From contig DFZI01000047.1 in the NCBI GenBank assembly GCA_002383665.1, forward strand, positions 1-43,659: 43,659 nt of DNA, given 5' to 3'. Every line of letters starts with the position of its first letter. Position 1 is the first letter of the stretch. The position numbers and the translations under genes were made by a program. The notes beneath the pieces were generated by a model. The model had not been told where the DNA came from, ran no database searches, and saw only the letters and a program-made list of their open reading frames with translations. Below are positions 41,140 through 43,659 of the stretch, piece after piece. This DNA is from Dehalococcoidia bacterium UBA4060 (lineage in GTDB: Bacteria > Chloroflexota > Dehalococcoidia > GIF9 > UBA5629).

Positions 41140-42831
41140 ATGCCCGATGTTAGGAAAATCGTTATTATAGGTGGAGGCGCCTGCGGACCGAAAGCGGCAG
41201 CCAGGATACGAAGGCTCGATCCAACCGCCTCCATTACCATGGTCCAGGATGAAACCATGGTATCTTATGCAGGCTGCGGGCTGCCATATTTTATCTCCGG
41301 CATGGTCAAGGCACGTACCGAGCTGATTGTACGCGATGCCGCAGCCTTTAAAAAAATCTATAATGTCGATGTATGGCTAAAAACAAGAGCAGAAAGGATC
41401 GACAGGACAGCACATAAGGTACAGGTAACCAGGCTCGATGATAATGCAACCAGGTTACTCGAATACGATAAACTGGTGATCTCCACCGGCGCCCATCCTG
41501 TAGTGCCCCCCATTGAAGGTATCGACCTCAAGGGCATACACATCCTGAAAAGGGTGCCAGACGCGGAGGAAATCATAGCTCTGATCAACGCAGCCACCAG
41601 AAAAAAAGCTGTGATCGTCGGAGCGGGACTGATCGGTGTCGAGATGGCAGAAGCACTGACAGCCAGAGGATTTGAGGTTACTGTGGTTGAAGCGCTGGAC
41701 AGGGTGCTGGCCTCCTTGCTGGATGAGGAGATATCCGATATAACCGCCAAGCATATGACCGATAAAGGTGTCAAACTCAAGCTCGGTCAAAAAATAGTTT
41801 CATTTGCGGGCGTTGACGGGCAGGTACGCAGCGCCACCACAGATAAAAACGAGGTGCTGGAATGTGATCTGGCCATAGTCGCCATTGGCATACGGCCCGA
41901 TACAAAGCTGGCCAGTGAAGCAGGGTTGAAATTAGGGCGCTTCGGCGACATTGAGGTCAATAATCACATGCAGACCAGCGATCCGGATATTTACGCAGGC
42001 GGCGACTGCGTGGCCAGCCTGAATATCATCTCCGGACAAAAGGAATTTGTCCCCCTGGGGTCAACCGCCAACAAGCACGGACACGTGATTGCCAATAATA
42101 TCTGCGGCATCGATGACACTTTCCCCGGCATCGTTGGCACATCCTGCGTCAAGATATTGGACTTTAACGTCGGCAGGACAGGTCTCGGGGAAAAACAGGC
42201 CAGGGAGCTGGGACACGATGTTGCGGTTGCCCTGGTGCCGGGTCCTGACAAACCCGAATATTATGCAGGTAGCAGTGAAATCATCATCAAATTGATCGTG
42301 GACAGCCGTACACGTAAGATCCTGGGAGGTCAGGGCACAGGCCCAGGCGATGTCATCAAACGCATCGATGTGCTGGCAACTGCCATCACGATGGGCATGA
42401 CCGTTGACGCATTGGCCAACCTCGACCTGGCCTATGCCCCACCCTATAATACTGCACTGGATGTCCTGCACCATGCTGCCAACCTGGTCATCAACAAGAT
42501 CGCAGGCCGTGCACAGAGCATCAGGCCTGCCGAGCTGAAAGAGAAGCTCGCACGCAACGAAGACTTCACCCTTCTGGACGTCAGGACACATCTTGAAGCA
42601 GATAAGGTCAGCCTGGAAAAGCCCCAGACGCAGCTCCTGCCTTTAACAAAGGTAACTTCCGATGTGGAGAAATTTCCCAAAGACAAGGAGATCGTAACGT
42701 TGTGCCGGCGCGGGCAGCGTGCCTACCAGGCCGCCTGCACGCTTAAGGCAGCGGGAGTAAATAACGTCAAATTTGTAGAAGGCGGCCTCACCTGCTGGTG
42801 TGGCGAGGTCAGCGGCACACCCCTGATTTAA
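41140..42831 (+). CDS. CoA-disulfide reductase / NADH-dependent persulfide reductase-like flavoprotein fused to a C-terminal rhodanese domain
   Basis: VIIGGGACGPKAA (FAD), SYAGCGLPYF (redox Cys), VIVGAGLIGVE (NAD), and a rhodanese loop TLCRRGQRAY. Confidence 0.85.
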   Translation: MPDVRKIVIIGGGACGPKAAARIRRLDPTASITMVQDETMVSYAGCGLPYFISGMVKARTELIVRDAAAFKKIYNVDVWLKTRAERIDRTAHKVQVTRLDDNATRLLEYDKLVISTGAHPVVPPIEGIDLKGIHILKRVPDAEEIIALINAATRKKAVIVGAGLIGVEMAEALTARGFEVTVVEALDRVLASLLDEEISDITAKHMTDKGVKLKLGQKIVSFAGVDGQVRSATTDKNEVLECDLAIVAIGIRPDTKLASEAGLKLGRFGDIEVNNHMQTSDPDIYAGGDCVASLNIISGQKEFVPLGSTANKHGHVIANNICGIDDTFPGIVGTSCVKILDFNVGRTGLGEKQARELGHDVAVALVPGPDKPEYYAGSSEIIIKLIVDSRTRKILGGQGTGPGDVIKRIDVLATAITMGMTVDALANLDLAYAPPYNTALDVLHHAANLVINKIAGRAQSIRPAELKEKLARNEDFTLLDVRTHLEADKVSLEKPQTQLLPLTKVTSDVEKFPKDKEIVTLCRRGQRAYQAACTLKAAGVNNVKFVEGGLTCWCGEVSGTPLI

Positions 42832-42871
42832 TCTGATTCCGGGAGATAGATTAAATACCAGCAACGTTTTC

Positions 42872-43659
42872 TTAAGCTGACCTCTGCTTGGCCCGATCTT
42901 CTTCTACCAGCGCTTTCCGCAATATTTTGCCCGTCATGGTCCTGGGCAAGGACTCGCGAAACTCAATATATCTGGGCACCTTGTAGCCGGTCAGCCTTCC
43001 CCGGCACCAGTCCTGTATCTCTTCCGCCGTAGCCGTTTTGCCTCTGGCCAGCACCACCCAGGCTTTTATAGCTTCGCCCTGCTTAGCATCCGGAATGCCT
43101 GCCACGACGACCTCAGCCACGGCAGGATGGCTGTCAATAACCTCTTCAACCTCGCGCGGCCAGACCTGAAAACCGCTGGCATTGATCATCCCCTTCTTGC
43201 GGCCCTGTATAAAAACGTAGCCGTCACCATCTATATATCCGATATCGCCGGTAAAGAGCCAGCCATCCCTCAGGATGCCGGCCGTCTCCTCAGGCCTGTT
43301 CCAGTAACCCAGCATAAGGTTGGGAGCTTTGATGCAGATCTCACCGGGGCAGCCTGTAGGCAGATCGCTCAATCCAGTCCCGGCATCGACAACCTTCATA
43401 ATCACATCGGGCAGTGGGAGCCCTGCTGCACCCTCCTTACCCTCACGGATAACAGGGGAGAGAGCTGCAGCCTGCATAGTCTCGGTCATGGCGTAGCCGG
43501 CTATCAATTTGCCGCCTGTGACAGACTCAAACTCACTTTTTAGATCATCCTTCACTGCAGGATCTCCGTTTATGGCAACCTTTATGCCTCTCAGCGATAT
43601 CTTCCTGTCCCGCACGAGGGGATGCCTGAGCATATTGATAAAAAAGGCTGAGACGCCGG
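42872..43659 (-). CDS. AMP-dependent acyl-CoA synthetase/ligase, C-terminal part; 5' end off-window
   Basis: GYAMTETM, GWLFTGDIGYIDGDGYVFIQGRKK and PRTMTGKILRK. The frame stays open to the window edge. Confidence 0.85.
   Translation of the reverse strand, partial: GVSAFFINMLRHPLVRDRKISLRGIKVAINGDPAVKDDLKSEFESVTGGKLIAGYAMTETMQAAALSPVIREGKEGAAGLPLPDVIMKVVDAGTGLSDLPTGCPGEICIKAPNLMLGYWNRPEETAGILRDGWLFTGDIGYIDGDGYVFIQGRKKGMINASGFQVWPREVEEVIDSHPAVAEVVVAGIPDAKQGEAIKAWVVLARGKTATAEEIQDWCRGRLTGYKVPRYIEFRESLPRTMTGKILRKALVEEDRAKQRSA

Noticed and set aside
1-43659. Search for mobile elements, a genomic island, CRISPR, toxin-antitoxin, restriction-modification or other defence modules
   Set aside because: I recognised no integrase, transposase, recombinase, tRNA attachment site, direct-repeat array or defence-type domain. 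The flanking and interspersed genes are core housekeeping.

Overview
This is a compact bacterial chromosomal segment, about 50% GC and over 90% coding, with several convergent genes that overlap or abut. I count about 46 protein genes and one long SRP RNA with an Alu domain (Bacillus type). I found no rRNA, tRNA, CRISPR array, transposase, integrase or recognisable defence genes. The backbone is housekeeping: hisF, gdhA, trxA, a cca-family gene, ispE, rsmA/ksgA, thiL-tsaE-tsaB, ndk, rsfS, ftsH, metG and rsmI. The accessory or unusual blocks are: (1) an archaeal-type nrpR coupled to an orphan hisF and gdhA. (2) A minus-strand acid-catabolic cluster with CoA-transferase A/B, an acyl-CoA dehydrogenase, an enlarged DUF35 protein and a thiolase-fold protein with Gly at the nucleophile Cys position, which suggests an Ltp2-like aldolase. 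(3) A DRG-like TGS GTPase with deviant G3/G4 motifs next to a divergent eIF-2B-family protein. (4) An extracytoplasmic thiol-redox cluster, trxA-ccdA plus three TlpA-like proteins with CIEC, CGPC and CPPC active sites. The third is a 794-aa protein with a coiled coil, one TM, a Cys-less thioredoxin fold, two FN3-like domains and a CPPC thioredoxin fold. (5) A gene-decay zone at 37.5-40.5 kb: an HD-GYP 3' remnant, a frameshifted PAS histidine kinase and an FAD-stub/HdrB-like fusion. (6) A candidate persulfide/disulfide redox trio: a double-CCG protein, a CGAxxG Cys protein and a CoA-disulfide-reductase/rhodanese fusion. At the nucleotide level, TGnTATAAT extended -10 boxes recur, and several sit 6-9 nt from start codons that lack a Shine-Dalgarno, which implies leaderless mRNAs. 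Two long ORFs in the track (ksgA, metG) carry false N-terminal extensions, and the ksgA extension hides the SRP RNA. The gene content suggests a streamlined anaerobe, possibly Chloroflexota, but that is inference. All family calls come from motif recognition by eye. No database search was run.
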